Shown here one piece after another: positions 18,509 to 30,000 of a stretch of DNA of 57,704 bases; positions within the stretch are counted from its first letter, which is position 1; the number at the start of each line of letters is the position of its first letter. The notes below the pieces were generated by a model. It was not told where the DNA came from. It saw only the letters and a list, made by a program, of their open reading frames with translations, and did no database searches. This DNA is from a virus (taxonomy: Duplodnaviria > Caudoviricetes). The position numbers were made by a program, and so were the translations under genes. The stretch lies in IMG/VR virus record IMGVR_UViG_3300032245_001105, positions 1 through 57,704 of that record. The stretch is one strand, 5' to 3'.

Positions 18509-19150
18509 ATTGACTTGGTACTTCCAACTCTCGGGCATGTAGTACTCAGAAGTTGGTGTTACTCGAACGAAATCTACTTCGGGATATAGTTCAAAGATCA
18601 GTTTTAAAGTTTTTTCGTAAAATACGTCGTCACCCTGGCGCCCATCAAATCCCATTAAAAATATTTTTGTGTGTCCATCAAAGCAGGCCAGGTATACAGC
18701 AATACTACCTGCATTCCAACTGGGATCTTGCGGAATTAGATAAAATTTACCAGGATGCTCCAAGATTGGGTTGGCATGTGCATAAACAATATTGTCGTTG
18801 CAGTAACCAGATTCTATTATTCCATCAACTTCTTTGTTGTCAATGATTAGAAAATCTGGTGTAATTTCTTTATACAGTTGGTTGGTTCCGTATGTCTGCA
18901 ATTTATTGGATCCAAAGAGACCACCTTTGTGACTAGATAACAAACCAATGTCAAATCCTTGATAATCATGGCGCCAACTGGCTCGTGATCCACCGCCAAT
19001 TACTATGGCCTGTGTAGTGGTATAGATGTTGGTGATGGCATTGGGGATCCATTCGTACTCAGGTGTCCACTGGGCATTTTTGTAGGTCAATGTAGTGACT
19101 ACATCTTCACCTGTATATGATTCGCGATATAACTGTTTAATGGTTTGCAT
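18458..19150 (-). CDS. Maf/MptE/GT29-like Rossmann protein (possible glycosyltransferase)
   Basis: AIVIGGG, YGTNQLY...PDFLII and NAGSIAVYLACFDGHTKIFLMGFDG motifs. TAAATA at 19171-19176. Confidence 0.55.
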   Translation of the reverse strand: MQTIKQLYRESYTGEDVVTTLTYKNAQWTPEYEWIPNAITNIYTTTQAIVIGGGSRASWRHDYQGFDIGLLSSHKGGLFGSNKLQTYGTNQLYKEITPDFLIIDNKEVDGIIESGYCNDNIVYAHANPILEHPGKFYLIPQDPSWNAGSIAVYLACFDGHTKIFLMGFDGRQGDDVFYEKTLKLIFELYPEVDFVRVTPTSEYYMPESWKYQVNLRQITFREFVLEADIG

Positions 19151-19181
19151 GGTGTTGGGTCCTTATACTGTATTTATTGCG

Positions 19182-19697
19182 TTACACTGGTATTAGTGTT
19201 CTAACCAGCTTAACTGTGTTGTTTGCACTGACTCCTGTACCCCATAGGATGACATTACCCGACACAATGTTTGATGAAAATGTCATACGAGCGTTGGCTG
19301 TGCTGGAAACTAGGCCATAAGTTGAAATAGTGCTGGTTGTTCCGTCCTGTACTGAGATAATTTCTATAGATTGATACCAAGAATTGGTGACATCTGTGGT
19401 ACTAACCACATACTTGGCTGTGCGATATGCTGTGCTGGCGAACCAATCAATGGCCACTGGAGCTGTGCCAATGCCGGTAACTGTTCTGCTACTTTCAAGT
19501 ATGGGCACTGTGCCGTAGGTCAGGTTGGCGCCGATGTTGACATCGCCCGCAATGCCCGCACCACCTGCAACAACAAGTGCGCCTGTTGTGGTACTGGTAC
19601 TGGTAGTAGTACCCGATATGTTGGCCGAGGCCGCATTGGCCCAAGTATCTACTACAAGATTACCATAAATTCGTGTGCCTGATAAGAGTTTAGCCAT
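19182..19697 (-). CDS. Virion fibre/appendage-associated protein
   Basis: One TSTTTGALVVAGGAGIAG repeat. C-terminal IDWFASTAYRTAKYVV domain shared with the 2202-aa protein. Confidence 0.7.
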   Translation of the reverse strand: MAKLLSGTRIYGNLVVDTWANAASANISGTTTSTSTTTGALVVAGGAGIAGDVNIGANLTYGTVPILESSRTVTGIGTAPVAIDWFASTAYRTAKYVVSTTDVTNSWYQSIEIISVQDGTTSTISTYGLVSSTANARMTFSSNIVSGNVILWGTGVSANNTVKLVRTLIPV

Positions 19698-19715
19698 AGT
19701 AGTATTTATTGTGCG

Positions 19716-21824
19716 TTATATGTTGTACCTGCGGCGTAGGGCGTTGAAATTTTGTGCCACTTCGTCTGCGGAAAGTGCTCGGGTATAGAGTTTTACTCCA
19801 GAGATGTTACCCTCAAATACTGACCCAGAAGCTCCGCTAATGCCGTTGGTTCCGCCAATTAACCAATAAGCAAGTTCTATAGGGTCGTCTTGTGTTGTTG
19901 TGCCAGATTGTGTTAAAGTTCCATTGACATAACATTGCAAATTGCCGCCTGCTCCTCCGGTCCATACACCAACAACTTGGTTCCATTGATTTCTTACGGT
20001 TGTTCCGTAACGTTCTGCTTGCGTGGTAGCATTTCCACGCAACACGATACCGACTTGATTATCATTTGTGGTTCTCATAAGCCCGTGTACACCTGCGTAA
20101 CTGCCCCGAAGATATAGAGCTCCTTTGTTAACTCCATTTGACCAAGTGGCTCCAGTTGGTACAAATATCCAGGCCTCAGCAGTCCACGGATCGTTGAATG
20201 ATGTAGGATAACCAACATTACCTGCTGTGATGGAATTGGTTGTATCTAGATAGTTGTTAAAAACAAATTGACCACCTGCATTTGAACGGTATGTGACATT
20301 ACCATACATTGTGCCAGTTTGTGCAGTATTAGACAAGTTTCTAATTTGTGCGCCCGAACCTGAATAACTGGTAGTTTGTCCACCATCAAACCACCACTGT
20401 AAACTGCTGTCTACAACAGGTGCACCGGTATATTCATCGTAACTGTTGGTGACATACATGTTGCCAGTCTGGTCCTCACGGCGAGCAAAGTTTGGTGTCA
20501 GTATGGTACTTGCACCTTTACCTTGGTAAATAGTGGGACTAGAGCCCTGTTCAATTTGCATACCCCACGCATAGTTATAGTCGCCGACTATATTATTGTT
20601 ATACACACTACGCACCCATATTCTACCAACTACGCCCACAGCCGAATAATTGTTGGTAGCACTACACCACAATCGATACCAACCCAACCCAGTATCAATT
20701 ACTCCATAGTTTACTGTACCAGTATTAGAGCCGCCAGCAGTTGATATAGACAAGTTTGCCCAAGTTAGTGTAAGTATGGCATCTTGGTATGTGTTACCAT
20801 TGTAAAAGGCTAGATTCACGCCAATTGTAGGGCAGTTGCCTTGTTTGACATACACGCTGAGGCAGTAGGGCAAGGCCGCAGTAGAGATGCCAGTTGGATT
20901 CCATTTTTGTATCAGCGCATCATTGCTATACCCGCCCACTGTGGTGGTTATAGTTGATCCAGTTTGTGTGCCGTCTGGCGCTAGTATGCTGTTGGCAGTC
21001 ACTGACACATTGGCTGAACTTTGAATATTGGCTGTCCAGTTCTGTGTTTGCCATAATAGATTCTTAATCACCGGTGCAGTTGAATTGTAAGTGACCTCGT
21101 CAAACTGTCCAGTAGCATAGACTGTATCAGGTACAGTTCGTGTAGTAAAGGTCGGAGTTAGTAATATGTTAGAGCTCGCTATAGGTTGATACGTTGATAC
21201 GTTTGCATTTTTTTCTAGCTGGGCTCCCCACACATAGACTACGTTACCTGCATAATTTGTACCATCATATTGCCCCATTCTATAGATCTGAGGATTCCAA
21301 CCTGTTACTCCTGCAGGAATTGTATAAGTGGAATACATTCTCCACCAATTATTACCAACCGAAATCATTCCAGCGGCTGTAACATTTGCTCCTTTAGTTA
21401 CTGTGCCATTAATTAAATCATATCGGCTACTAGTACCGCCAGTATACCATCCTGTTCCAGATACATATTCATTGACTATGTTCATGTACTGTAAATTACC
21501 ATATTTGACATATCCCGATACTGTCCAAACGTCGCCGCCATTGACCGTAAACTTTGGATTCCCCCTTGCACCATCAGTTAGTGTTGGATATGCATTTAAT
21601 GCCATTAGCATGGTTGCAGTATTGGACCCGTCTGGTGCTATAGCAACGTTTGGGGTGATAGACGTAGAGCTCAATACCCAATTGGTACCGCCATATATTT
21701 GAGAATTTGAGAACTGGTTATAGATTGCGGCGTTGCCAGCAGTTGTATTAAAAGTAACCTCGTCAATGGTGCCATTGACCAACAAGGTTCCGGCGTTGGT
21801 TAATCTAGTAGATATTGTGGCCAC
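19716..21824 (-). CDS. Lectin-like virion protein: two related beta-sandwich domains plus a C-terminal LamG/ConA-like domain
   Basis: Duplicated block (DEVT.N...APDG..T...YVK.G...W.R...WG.Q.E). C-terminal WTAEAWI...WNQVVGVW...YVNG...FEGNISGVKLYTRALSADEV. Confidence 0.8.
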   Translation of the reverse strand: MATISTRLTNAGTLLVNGTIDEVTFNTTAGNAAIYNQFSNSQIYGGTNWVLSSTSITPNVAIAPDGSNTATMLMALNAYPTLTDGARGNPKFTVNGGDVWTVSGYVKYGNLQYMNIVNEYVSGTGWYTGGTSSRYDLINGTVTKGANVTAAGMISVGNNWWRMYSTYTIPAGVTGWNPQIYRMGQYDGTNYAGNVVYVWGAQLEKNANVSTYQPIASSNILLTPTFTTRTVPDTVYATGQFDEVTYNSTAPVIKNLLWQTQNWTANIQSSANVSVTANSILAPDGTQTGSTITTTVGGYSNDALIQKWNPTGISTAALPYCLSVYVKQGNCPTIGVNLAFYNGNTYQDAILTLTWANLSISTAGGSNTGTVNYGVIDTGLGWYRLWCSATNNYSAVGVVGRIWVRSVYNNNIVGDYNYAWGMQIEQGSSPTIYQGKGASTILTPNFARREDQTGNMYVTNSYDEYTGAPVVDSSLQWWFDGGQTTSYSGSGAQIRNLSNTAQTGTMYGNVTYRSNAGGQFVFNNYLDTTNSITAGNVGYPTSFNDPWTAEAWIFVPTGATWSNGVNKGALYLRGSYAGVHGLMRTTNDNQVGIVLRGNATTQAERYGTTVRNQWNQVVGVWTGGAGGNLQCYVNGTLTQSGTTTQDDPIELAYWLIGGTNGISGASGSVFEGNISGVKLYTRALSADEVAQNFNALRRRYNI

Positions 21825-21827
21825 GGC

Positions 21828-22904
21828 TTATCCAAACACAGTGTCAATACTGTTTGTTGCTGAATTAAAAACTGTATAGGCACTGCTTACTGAGTTGGCC
21901 CAGGTGTAGCCGTGTTTACTATTAGTACCAATGGCGTAAATGTTACCACTGGCATTGATGTTTCCGCCAACGCCCACGCCGCCTGCTACTTGTAAGGCAC
22001 CTGTCACATTTGATGTTGATGCCTGAGCGTTTGCAACTACCACTGTGTTGGCTGTCGTATTAACTGAGAAAACTGGGTTAGTTGAGAATGGATTTATTAC
22101 ATTAAAATACCCAGTGCCACCAGATCCAGGCCAAATGTTAATGTTGGCATTCAGGGCTGTTGTGGCTGGATGACCAACTATGATGTTGTTTGATGCATCT
22201 TTACCAATTACTTGTCTAAAATAATAAGTTCCAGTTTGACCAATATTGGCGTAGATGCCCCAGTTACTACCTGGAACGGCAATCGCTGTACCATATGTTC
22301 CGCCAGCCACATCAGTGACACTGGTTGGGGTTACATAGTGATAGCCACCGCTAAACACATTACCACTTATACCTGCGCCACCTACAACAACAAGTGCACC
22401 TGTAGTGGTACTGGTACTGGCGGTGCCCGAGTTGGCCACCAAGTTGCCCGACACAATCTCCACACTGGTCACTATTTCTCTGTTCAAGGTGGTGATGTTG
22501 CCCACCACCAGCAAGTTGCCGCCCACATAGGCATCACCAGTGGTGGTCGAAGTAATCGAATATACGCCTGCGTTGGCTGTTAAATTACCAATTTGTAAAT
22601 TACCAACTACTCCAAGCACACTACCTGTGACCAATAATACATTGCCCACTGTGAGGTTGGCATATGATGTGACTGCAATGTTGGAGTTTGTGGCTCCGGT
22701 GTTGGCTGTGTAGGCTGTGACAATGCTCTGTGCGCTTTCGCTCCAGTATAAAGCCACATTACTAACCAGGCCATTGGCACGATTAAATAAAAATCCCACA
22801 TCCACATTGGCCGAGGATGCACCTTGGTTCAGTACCGTGATGGGGTCAGACTGAGCAACTATGCTGGAGTTGAGCTGTCCAAGTCTGGGTCTAGTTAATG
22901 CCAT
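21828..22904 (-). CDS. Fibre-like structural protein (start corrected to MALTRP)
   Basis: GAL(V/Q)V.GG.G..GN repeats and a DPITVLN...DVGFLFNR module. TAAATA at 22928-22933. Confidence 0.75.
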   Translation of the reverse strand: MALTRPRLGQLNSSIVAQSDPITVLNQGASSANVDVGFLFNRANGLVSNVALYWSESAQSIVTAYTANTGATNSNIAVTSYANLTVGNVLLVTGSVLGVVGNLQIGNLTANAGVYSITSTTTGDAYVGGNLLVVGNITTLNREIVTSVEIVSGNLVANSGTASTSTTTGALVVVGGAGISGNVFSGGYHYVTPTSVTDVAGGTYGTAIAVPGSNWGIYANIGQTGTYYFRQVIGKDASNNIIVGHPATTALNANINIWPGSGGTGYFNVINPFSTNPVFSVNTTANTVVVANAQASTSNVTGALQVAGGVGVGGNINASGNIYAIGTNSKHGYTWANSVSSAYTVFNSATNSIDTVFG

Positions 22905-22942
22905 TCTGCTTTGTCCACAATATAGTGTATTTACCTGCAAAC

Positions 22943-22964
22943 AAAAAGGGCCCTCGGGCCCTTT
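22943..22964 (-). terminator. Intrinsic terminator
   Basis: GGGCC-CGAG-GGCCC followed by a U-tract on the minus strand. Confidence 0.8.
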
Positions 22965-22999
22965 ATTTGTATTTTAGGTTAAGCTAGATTTAAACTCGG

Positions 23000-24007
23000 T
23001 TATCCTGCAAAACACTCAAATGTATAAACCACAGCAGTCCATCTAATGTTTGTTGAGGCTTGACCAGTTGCATTTATTTGTAGACATCCATTTGATGTAT
23101 CAGCGGTTGCTGCCACAGTCCAGGCAGAGGCGCCAGCATCTGCGGCATTTGTGATCACAGTAGGCGATCCAATAAGAACTGTTGTACCAGAACCTGCACC
23201 GCGTTTTATTGCCCCAATTACTGTGAAATATTTGCCATTGCCAGCACCTGTTTGAACAGTTGCCATTATCTCTGCCCTAAAGCCAAAAGCCGTGTTGTTA
23301 TCTAAATTTACTTGATTTAGTGTGCCTGCGGCAGCATTATTTACTGTTAAAGCAGTTGAGGTTGCGTTGGCTGTTGTAGCCATCAAAACTACTTTACGTT
23401 CTTGGTTATAACCATAACTTGTACTACCGTAAGCGCCAAAACAAAGTGCCGCACTTAGATTTCTGTCATAGCCATAGTTACCGCCAATAGCGGCTGAATA
23501 TGTACCTATAACATAATTGTTTGATCCGCCCACAACGGCAGTTTGAAGGCCACTTGCTTGATTGGTACTTCCACCTACAACAACTGAATCAGTTGCATCT
23601 GCTTTATTGTTTTTTCCCGCAAATAATCCACTGTCGGTGCCTGAAGCGACTTGAGTAGCGGCAGCTCTTGTTAACTGCAAATCTACTGAATAACTTCCTC
23701 TTACATTACCACCTGCAGAACTACTGTCTGGGATGGAGCCAACTACACCGCCTGTGCCTTTGGGTACCAGGGCTAAGAACTGATTAGTTGTTCCACCACT
23801 GGCTGTTACTCCGCTGACATTGTTGGTGTTGTTGGGGCTGGCTGTGTTCAGCGTCGAAGTTACACTGGGTAAGTTGACACTTTTTGCATAGGCAGCGACA
23901 TTACTTGCAGTGGTATTGTAAGTTGTGCCTGAGTCAACTGCCAAGAATTGCGTGCCGCTTGCGACTGTTACAAGCCCTGGTAATTCTGATACTTTTGATA
24001 CTGCCAT
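23000..24007 (-). CDS. Fibre/spike protein with YadA-head-like (S.V.GG..N.A.G) repeats
   Basis: SGLFAGKNNKA / SVVVGGSTNQASG / TAVVGGSNNYVIG / SAAIGGNYG 14-aa repeats. Confidence 0.65.
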   Translation of the reverse strand: MAVSKVSELPGLVTVASGTQFLAVDSGTTYNTTASNVAAYAKSVNLPSVTSTLNTASPNNTNNVSGVTASGGTTNQFLALVPKGTGGVVGSIPDSSSAGGNVRGSYSVDLQLTRAAATQVASGTDSGLFAGKNNKADATDSVVVGGSTNQASGLQTAVVGGSNNYVIGTYSAAIGGNYGYDRNLSAALCFGAYGSTSYGYNQERKVVLMATTANATSTALTVNNAAAGTLNQVNLDNNTAFGFRAEIMATVQTGAGNGKYFTVIGAIKRGAGSGTTVLIGSPTVITNAADAGASAWTVAATADTSNGCLQINATGQASTNIRWTAVVYTFECFAG

Positions 24008-24014
24008 GTTGTTT

Positions 24015-24176
24015 CTATTGCTCCGTTATGATATAAGTTGCGCCATCTTCTTCTTTTACAATATATAAGAGAGAATTTTCGCTGACAATTTGAGTACCGG
24101 GAATAACTTCGGCCACCAAGTCACCGACCACAATGCCGCCTTGTATTGTTATTCCTGTTCCAATTATGATTGCCAT
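24015..24176 (-). CDS. 53-aa small structural protein (missed by the ORF track)
   Basis: MAIIIGTGITIQGGIVVGDLVAEVIPGTQIVSENSLLYIVKEEDGATYIITEQ fills the gap between two fibre genes. Confidence 0.7.
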   Translation of the reverse strand: MAIIIGTGITIQGGIVVGDLVAEVIPGTQIVSENSLLYIVKEEDGATYIITEQ

Positions 24177-24197
24177 ATTATTTAGTTTTTGTTGTTT

Positions 24198-25040
24198 TTA
24201 CGCTGTAAATGCGCTGGTTGGTGCAGTAAATCCAGTTAACGGGAATGGATTGCCCAATACCAGTCGTGTGTTGTCTAGTCGGAATCCTATCTTAGGATCC
24301 GCAAAAGTAAAGGTTTCGGCCAGGTGTGCAGTAGTTGAAGAACACCAGAAGTCAGCGCCGGTGGGGTTATCTGTGCCGCCAGAGTTTTGTACTACGCCGT
24401 TAACAAAACAATAAACTTTACCAGTTCCGGCGCCGGTACGAGCATATTGTATCACTAGATGTTTCCAGGCACCACCTGTCAGGTTACTACAGGCAACCTG
24501 TAGACCACTAGATGAACCGCTGTCAATGCTGTCAGCAAAATTAACAAATATCCTATATTCAGTTGATGAGTTGTATTTTTGACTAATATTAATTCCACCG
24601 TTGTAGAGATTTAACAGGTTGATATTGGTATTAATATTGTACGATACCACATTTTCGATCCAAATATTGGTTTCAAGGGCCCACGAGGCCTGGGCCACAT
24701 TGGCGTTGTGATAAGTGGCATAGCTGGAGCTGTTTATTGCGGCAATCCATGCATTGTTGTTGGTGCCATCATTTCTATAATAGTATCCACCGTCACTGTA
24801 GGCACCACCCGACGGCTGTGTCAGACTGGCGTATCCACCACTGCCGCCTCCGGACCAGGCATGCGAACTTGTCTCTGCAACTAGATCCGGCGAGGCAGCC
24901 AGGGTGTTGTAGTTGAACTTGAATACTTCGTTGGCTGCCAATATTGTGGGATATGTGCTGGCACCACCTGCGGCAGGTGCACCGGTCGAAAAACCAATGC
25001 CACCACCTATGAATATTCCACCACCGATGTTTATTGGCAT
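24198..25040 (-). CDS. LamG/ConA-like domain virion protein
   Basis: WALETNIW...WKHLVIQY...YCFVNG...LDNTRL...FTAPTSAF. Confidence 0.75.
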   Translation of the reverse strand: MPINIGGGIFIGGGIGFSTGAPAAGGASTYPTILAANEVFKFNYNTLAASPDLVAETSSHAWSGGGSGGYASLTQPSGGAYSDGGYYYRNDGTNNNAWIAAINSSSYATYHNANVAQASWALETNIWIENVVSYNINTNINLLNLYNGGINISQKYNSSTEYRIFVNFADSIDSGSSSGLQVACSNLTGGAWKHLVIQYARTGAGTGKVYCFVNGVVQNSGGTDNPTGADFWCSSTTAHLAETFTFADPKIGFRLDNTRLVLGNPFPLTGFTAPTSAFTA

Positions 25041-25043
25041 TGC

Positions 25044-26969
25044 TTAGACCCTTCCAACAACAACTTCGATCACTCCTTTTGCAGGGCTGGCAAAAGCTTC
25101 AACAGCTTTGCCTATGGCCTGGCCTGGTGCAGGGTTATTGTTGGCTCTAGCATAGCCGTGTCCTGCCGATACCATGATGTCACCTTTGGCCACTGGGCCA
25201 ATGATCATACACGGAACACGACCGGTCAAGGCCAAGGCCACAACATTTGCTCCCGACAATGCACCATTCATCAAGTGAGCTGGGTTTGTACTAACAATAC
25301 CTGCCACTCGTGTGGTATCTGTTTCTGCCACAGTAACTTCATTTACCCCACCAAACTGCAATACTGTGCCTGGCATGTATGGTTTGTCTGCTTGGTAGTT
25401 CTCTGCCAAGTCAGCGTATTTGGCTGTGGTTGATGTTCCAACAAATGTAATACCGTAAATGTTGTTCCAGTAGTTGGTTGTAGTACCCAAATTCTGGCTA
25501 ACGTTGCCGGTTGGTACAACCCAACCTCCGGTAAACACATTGCCGGCAATACCCACACCACCTGCCGCTATAAACGAACCAGTTGTTGCACTGGTACTGA
25601 CTGTTGTTGCACCGGCAACAATGTTACCTGTGGTGACAGCAAATGCTCCACCTGCTGGTGCAGATATTGTGGTACCACCCAAGTCAATGGTTGAACCAGA
25701 TAAGAATAAATCTTTCCAACGAGCTGTTGTTGAACCCAAGTTGTATGTAACGTTGGCACTTGGTAGTATGCTACCTGTGACTGTAACGTTGGCACCAACA
25801 TTCAATCGTCCTGCAATACCAGCACCGCCTGCAACTTGTAGTGCACCAGTTGATGTACTTGTACTAACTGTTGTGTTGGCAATGATGTGATCACCAGTTT
25901 TCATGGCGTCCCATACTAGGTTACCGTCAGACCAGTTGACTGTTGTGGTTGGCTCACTGGCCACGTTGGCAAACAGGCCCCAATAGTTGTTGGCTTGGCT
26001 ACGAACAAATCCAGTGTGCTGATAAGCGTTGGCTACGCCACCAATCCAATGGCTGTACATACCGATATCATAGCTGTAAGGATACGGGTTTGTGGCCAAG
26101 TACAACAACGGAGCATTTACCGACAATTGATTTGTCTGAACTGCCAATACACCGTATGAGTAAACGTTACCTGCTACACGCAAGTCACCGCCTACACCTA
26201 CGCCACCTGTAACAACCACAGCACCAGTACTTGTACTAGAACTGGATGTGGCATCACTGAATGTAACTGTTCCGCCGCCGGTGATGCTGTCGTTGATCTG
26301 AATAATACCAGTACCAGCCGCGCTCAATGCCAAATTGGTATTTGACGACTTGCTGGTAATGCTGTCAACAGCAATTTGATTTGAGAAACCAATTGCATTG
26401 CCATCACTGCTAGTAAAATACTTGCCAGCAGTGACTTTGATTGGGCCTTGCAATGCAATGGCACCTGTGCCCGACGGGTTGACCTGTATGTCGCCAGTAC
26501 CAGCAGTTTGAATTGTCAAGTTTTGATTTGTGTCGGTACTGAATGTAATTGTTCCGCTATTGTCACTAATAACCGACTTACCGTTAACATACAATGATCC
26601 TGGTCCGACATAAATATCTTTCCATTGTCTTGAAGAACTACCCAATGTGTAGGTAATGTTGGCACTGGGGATGATACTACCGTTCATTACCAAGTTGCCA
26701 CCAAATGTGCTACTCAATGTGCTGGGCACAAATGTTGCAACGTTGGCGCCATTGACCCCAACTGATATGTTTGCAGAGTATACTGTTACATTGCTTGTAC
26801 CAGAATAAATTTGATTTGCATTTAATCCCACAAAGCCGCCAGCACCTGTAATGGTACCGCCACCTGTGGTTATGATGTTACCGGTAGTTGTGATGTTACC
26901 GGATACTGCGTCGATTGTGATCGGACCAACTGTTAGTCCGTTTTGTACTATAAAATTACCGTTTGCCAT
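25044..26969 (-). CDS. Tail fibre/spike with C-terminal intramolecular-chaperone (peptidase G2-like) domain
   Basis: Three (I/V)(I/L/V)P..N....LG.....W modules. C-terminal ADLAENY...GTVL...GIVSTNPA...ALTGRVPC...IGKA. Confidence 0.75.
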   Translation of the reverse strand: MANGNFIVQNGLTVGPITIDAVSGNITTTGNIITTGGGTITGAGGFVGLNANQIYSGTSNVTVYSANISVGVNGANVATFVPSTLSSTFGGNLVMNGSIIPSANITYTLGSSSRQWKDIYVGPGSLYVNGKSVISDNSGTITFSTDTNQNLTIQTAGTGDIQVNPSGTGAIALQGPIKVTAGKYFTSSDGNAIGFSNQIAVDSITSKSSNTNLALSAAGTGIIQINDSITGGGTVTFSDATSSSSTSTGAVVVTGGVGVGGDLRVAGNVYSYGVLAVQTNQLSVNAPLLYLATNPYPYSYDIGMYSHWIGGVANAYQHTGFVRSQANNYWGLFANVASEPTTTVNWSDGNLVWDAMKTGDHIIANTTVSTSTSTGALQVAGGAGIAGRLNVGANVTVTGSILPSANVTYNLGSTTARWKDLFLSGSTIDLGGTTISAPAGGAFAVTTGNIVAGATTVSTSATTGSFIAAGGVGIAGNVFTGGWVVPTGNVSQNLGTTTNYWNNIYGITFVGTSTTAKYADLAENYQADKPYMPGTVLQFGGVNEVTVAETDTTRVAGIVSTNPAHLMNGALSGANVVALALTGRVPCMIIGPVAKGDIMVSAGHGYARANNNPAPGQAIGKAVEAFASPAKGVIEVVVGRV

Positions 26970-27006
26970 GGTTCCATATTCCCCAAAATAGCATTTTTAA
27001 ACTTTA

Positions 27007-27033
27007 GAACAGGGTAGAGAATCTACCCTGTTC
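27007..27033. other. 12-bp perfect hairpin between fibre genes
   Basis: GAACAGGGTAGA-GAA-TCTACCCTGTTC; no clear U-tract on the minus strand. Confidence 0.6.
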
Positions 27034-27038
27034 GTTTA

Positions 27039-30000
27039 TTATATCAGCAAGTATTCTTTGCTTATTCTTACATTGGTACTTGCATTCAAAGCCACAAACT
27101 GCAATTGTGCATTTGATCCGCTTTGTGTAGCAGTAACTATACCCAAGTTACCATTGGTCTGTATTGTACCATATGCTGTCACTGTTGCAGTGGTTCCATT
27201 GCTGATCAGCAATGCTTCCATCACTTGGTAGTTGGCACCGTTTGTGGCCTGTACTGTGTACTTAGCACTACGATATGTTCCAGTAGACATTGTATCAATT
27301 GTGGTTGCCACGTTGGCACTAGCAATTGCTGTGTTGGCCAATAATGATACTTGTGCACCATCTGTATTAATTCTGTAACGAGCGTTCTTGGTTGCTGTTC
27401 CAGTACTGATTGTGACACCATCTGTATTGTCAACATCAACTGCATTATATCCAGTTGCATCATTAAGAGCCACAACAGTTTCAGTGGTTGTCAATCTTCT
27501 AACGTCAATGATATCCCCGCTTGCAGGAGCTTCAGTGAAACGCAATGTTGTACTAGAAACAACCGAGTACGCTAGTGTTGGTATTTGAATAACACCGTTA
27601 ATACTAACAATAGTTGCGGCAGTTGTAGTTGTCCCAGCTAATGTAAAGTCTGTTGTTGTGCCATCACCGTTAAACTGTTCATCTGTAATAACAGTAAATG
27701 CCGTTGTGGCTGCCATCCATTGTGTACCTGTATACCACTCAACAGCATTCTGCGTTGTGCTATAACGGAACATACCAGCAACATCAGTTTGACCTTGATT
27801 GCCTGGACGCTGACTGTTTGTACCAACTGGCAACTTAATTGAGTCTGTTGTGTTGATGTTTAGTTTAGCACCCGCAACCACATTGCCTGCCACTGCACTA
27901 TTACCAATGATAACAGTATCGTAACTGGCACTTGGACGAGCCCAAATTAATGTAGCATCATTTTTACCACGAACAATGTAGTCTGATCCAGCAGTTTGGC
28001 TGCTGTTAAATACTGCGGCATTACCAAAATACACATTGCCTGCAATACCCATACCGCCTACAACTTGTAGTGCTCCTGTACCAGTGCTGGTACTGTTGGT
28101 TGTGCTGTTAACAACAACAGCACCGCCAGTATAAACACTACCACTGATACCAACACCGCCAGTAACAATCAATGCACCCGATGTGGTGCTTGTACTAGTT
28201 AATCCGCCGTTGATTGCGGCAGCACTGGCTGTTAATGTGCCAGTACCAGGATTGTAGCTCAATAAGCTACTGGTTCCAGGAATACTGTTGCCACCGTTGA
28301 CATTGGCAAATGTTGGGTAGAATGTATCGTTGGTGTTTAACGAGACTGTTTGTGTGTAGAAAGCAACGTTGGCCGCTGTGGCCACTGCCGCAACTGTGGC
28401 AGTTGAGATTGCTGTAATACGACCATATGCGTCAGTTGTGATTACCGGCACTGCACTGGCACTACCAGTTGTTATGGCACCAGGACCAACAGGTGTTAAA
28501 TTAATATCTGTACCACTTATAGTCAAGTTACCTGCACCTGAACTTGTGCTAACTACACGAGTTCCGTTGTCGTATACACCGCGACCATATAATGTGCTGT
28601 TTACTGCTGTATTGCCACCAATGTTGACACGACCTGCAATACCCGCACCACCCTTGACCAACAACGCACCTTCAGTTGTATTAGATGATGCTGTTGTGGC
28701 ATTGATACATACGTTACCTGAAGTATCAACAAACACAGCCTGTGTTGCAGTGATTGTTCCCGTTGGAACTGTTAATATTTCCAAGTATGTGCCTTGTGCT
28801 GAATCTGTAAAGTTTTCAGCGGCGCCAACTCTAATTCCTGACGCGGCATACGCGGCCCCAGTAAATGTGCTTGATCCAAATCCTTTGAAGTTTAACGCTC
28901 CAATTGTATCCCCTGACAATAATGCAGATGGAGATGCGACTGTTCCTCGTCCTCTTCTAGCATAGAATCCACTAGCAACTCCAGGAGCAAAAGCGCCAAA
29001 GCTGTCCAGGCCATAGAAACCATTTTTACCATCTAGTGTTGTGGTATGTACCACTGCGTTGGCAAACAAGGCTGGTGTAGTTGTGTTTGGATTGATTGTT
29101 AATGGGCTGTCTGCATTGATTGCACTTTGTGTTGGGCCAATCAACAAGTTACCTTGTAAGGCATGTACGCTAGATGTTGCGCCTGCGTAGATATTGCCTG
29201 CGATACCTGCGCCACCTGCTACTACCAATGCACCTGTTGTGGTGCTGGTTGATGGCACTGTGGCTGTAATATTAGCCCAGGTGCTGGCTGTCAGTGTGGT
29301 AAATGCTCCAGTACCGGCTGTGACATTACCAATAGCCAGTGCTTGCAGTCCACTGACATTACCTGTTGTGAATGTATAGGTACCTGGGGTGATGTTACCA
29401 ATTGCTTTGGCTTGTAATCCACCAATGGTGCCTGTTGTCAAGGTTGACTCACCAGTTACACCCAAGTTGCCAGTTATTGCAGTGTTGGTTCCAACATACA
29501 AGTTACCACCAACACCAACACCACCTGTAACAACCACTGCACCAGTTGTTGAACTGATGCTGGTACCTGTACCAAGGAATGTGCCAGTTGTACCGTACAC
29601 ATTGCCCAGCAAGTATGGAGTTGCAATGTTTCCTGTTGCCACCATTACATTAGATGTACTGGATATTGTTACACGGTTACCTGTAGCTGTAGTAAGATTC
29701 AAGTTACCATCAGAGCCTTCGCCAATTACGGATCCGCCTAGGTATTCTGTCTGGCCGCTTAACCAGATATCTTTAAATCTGTTACCGCTTGTACCCAAGC
29801 TGTATGTGATGTTTGCACTTGGTACAATGTTACCTGTAATTGTAATGTTGCCACCAACTGTCAAATTGCCAGTTGTGCTGGCTGTGGTAAATGCGCCTGT
29901 TCCAGGTGTTACATTACCAATTGATCTTGCTTGCAATCCACCAATATTACCTGTTGTCAAGGTTGAGTCACCAGTTACACCCAGTGTGCCTGTTACTACT

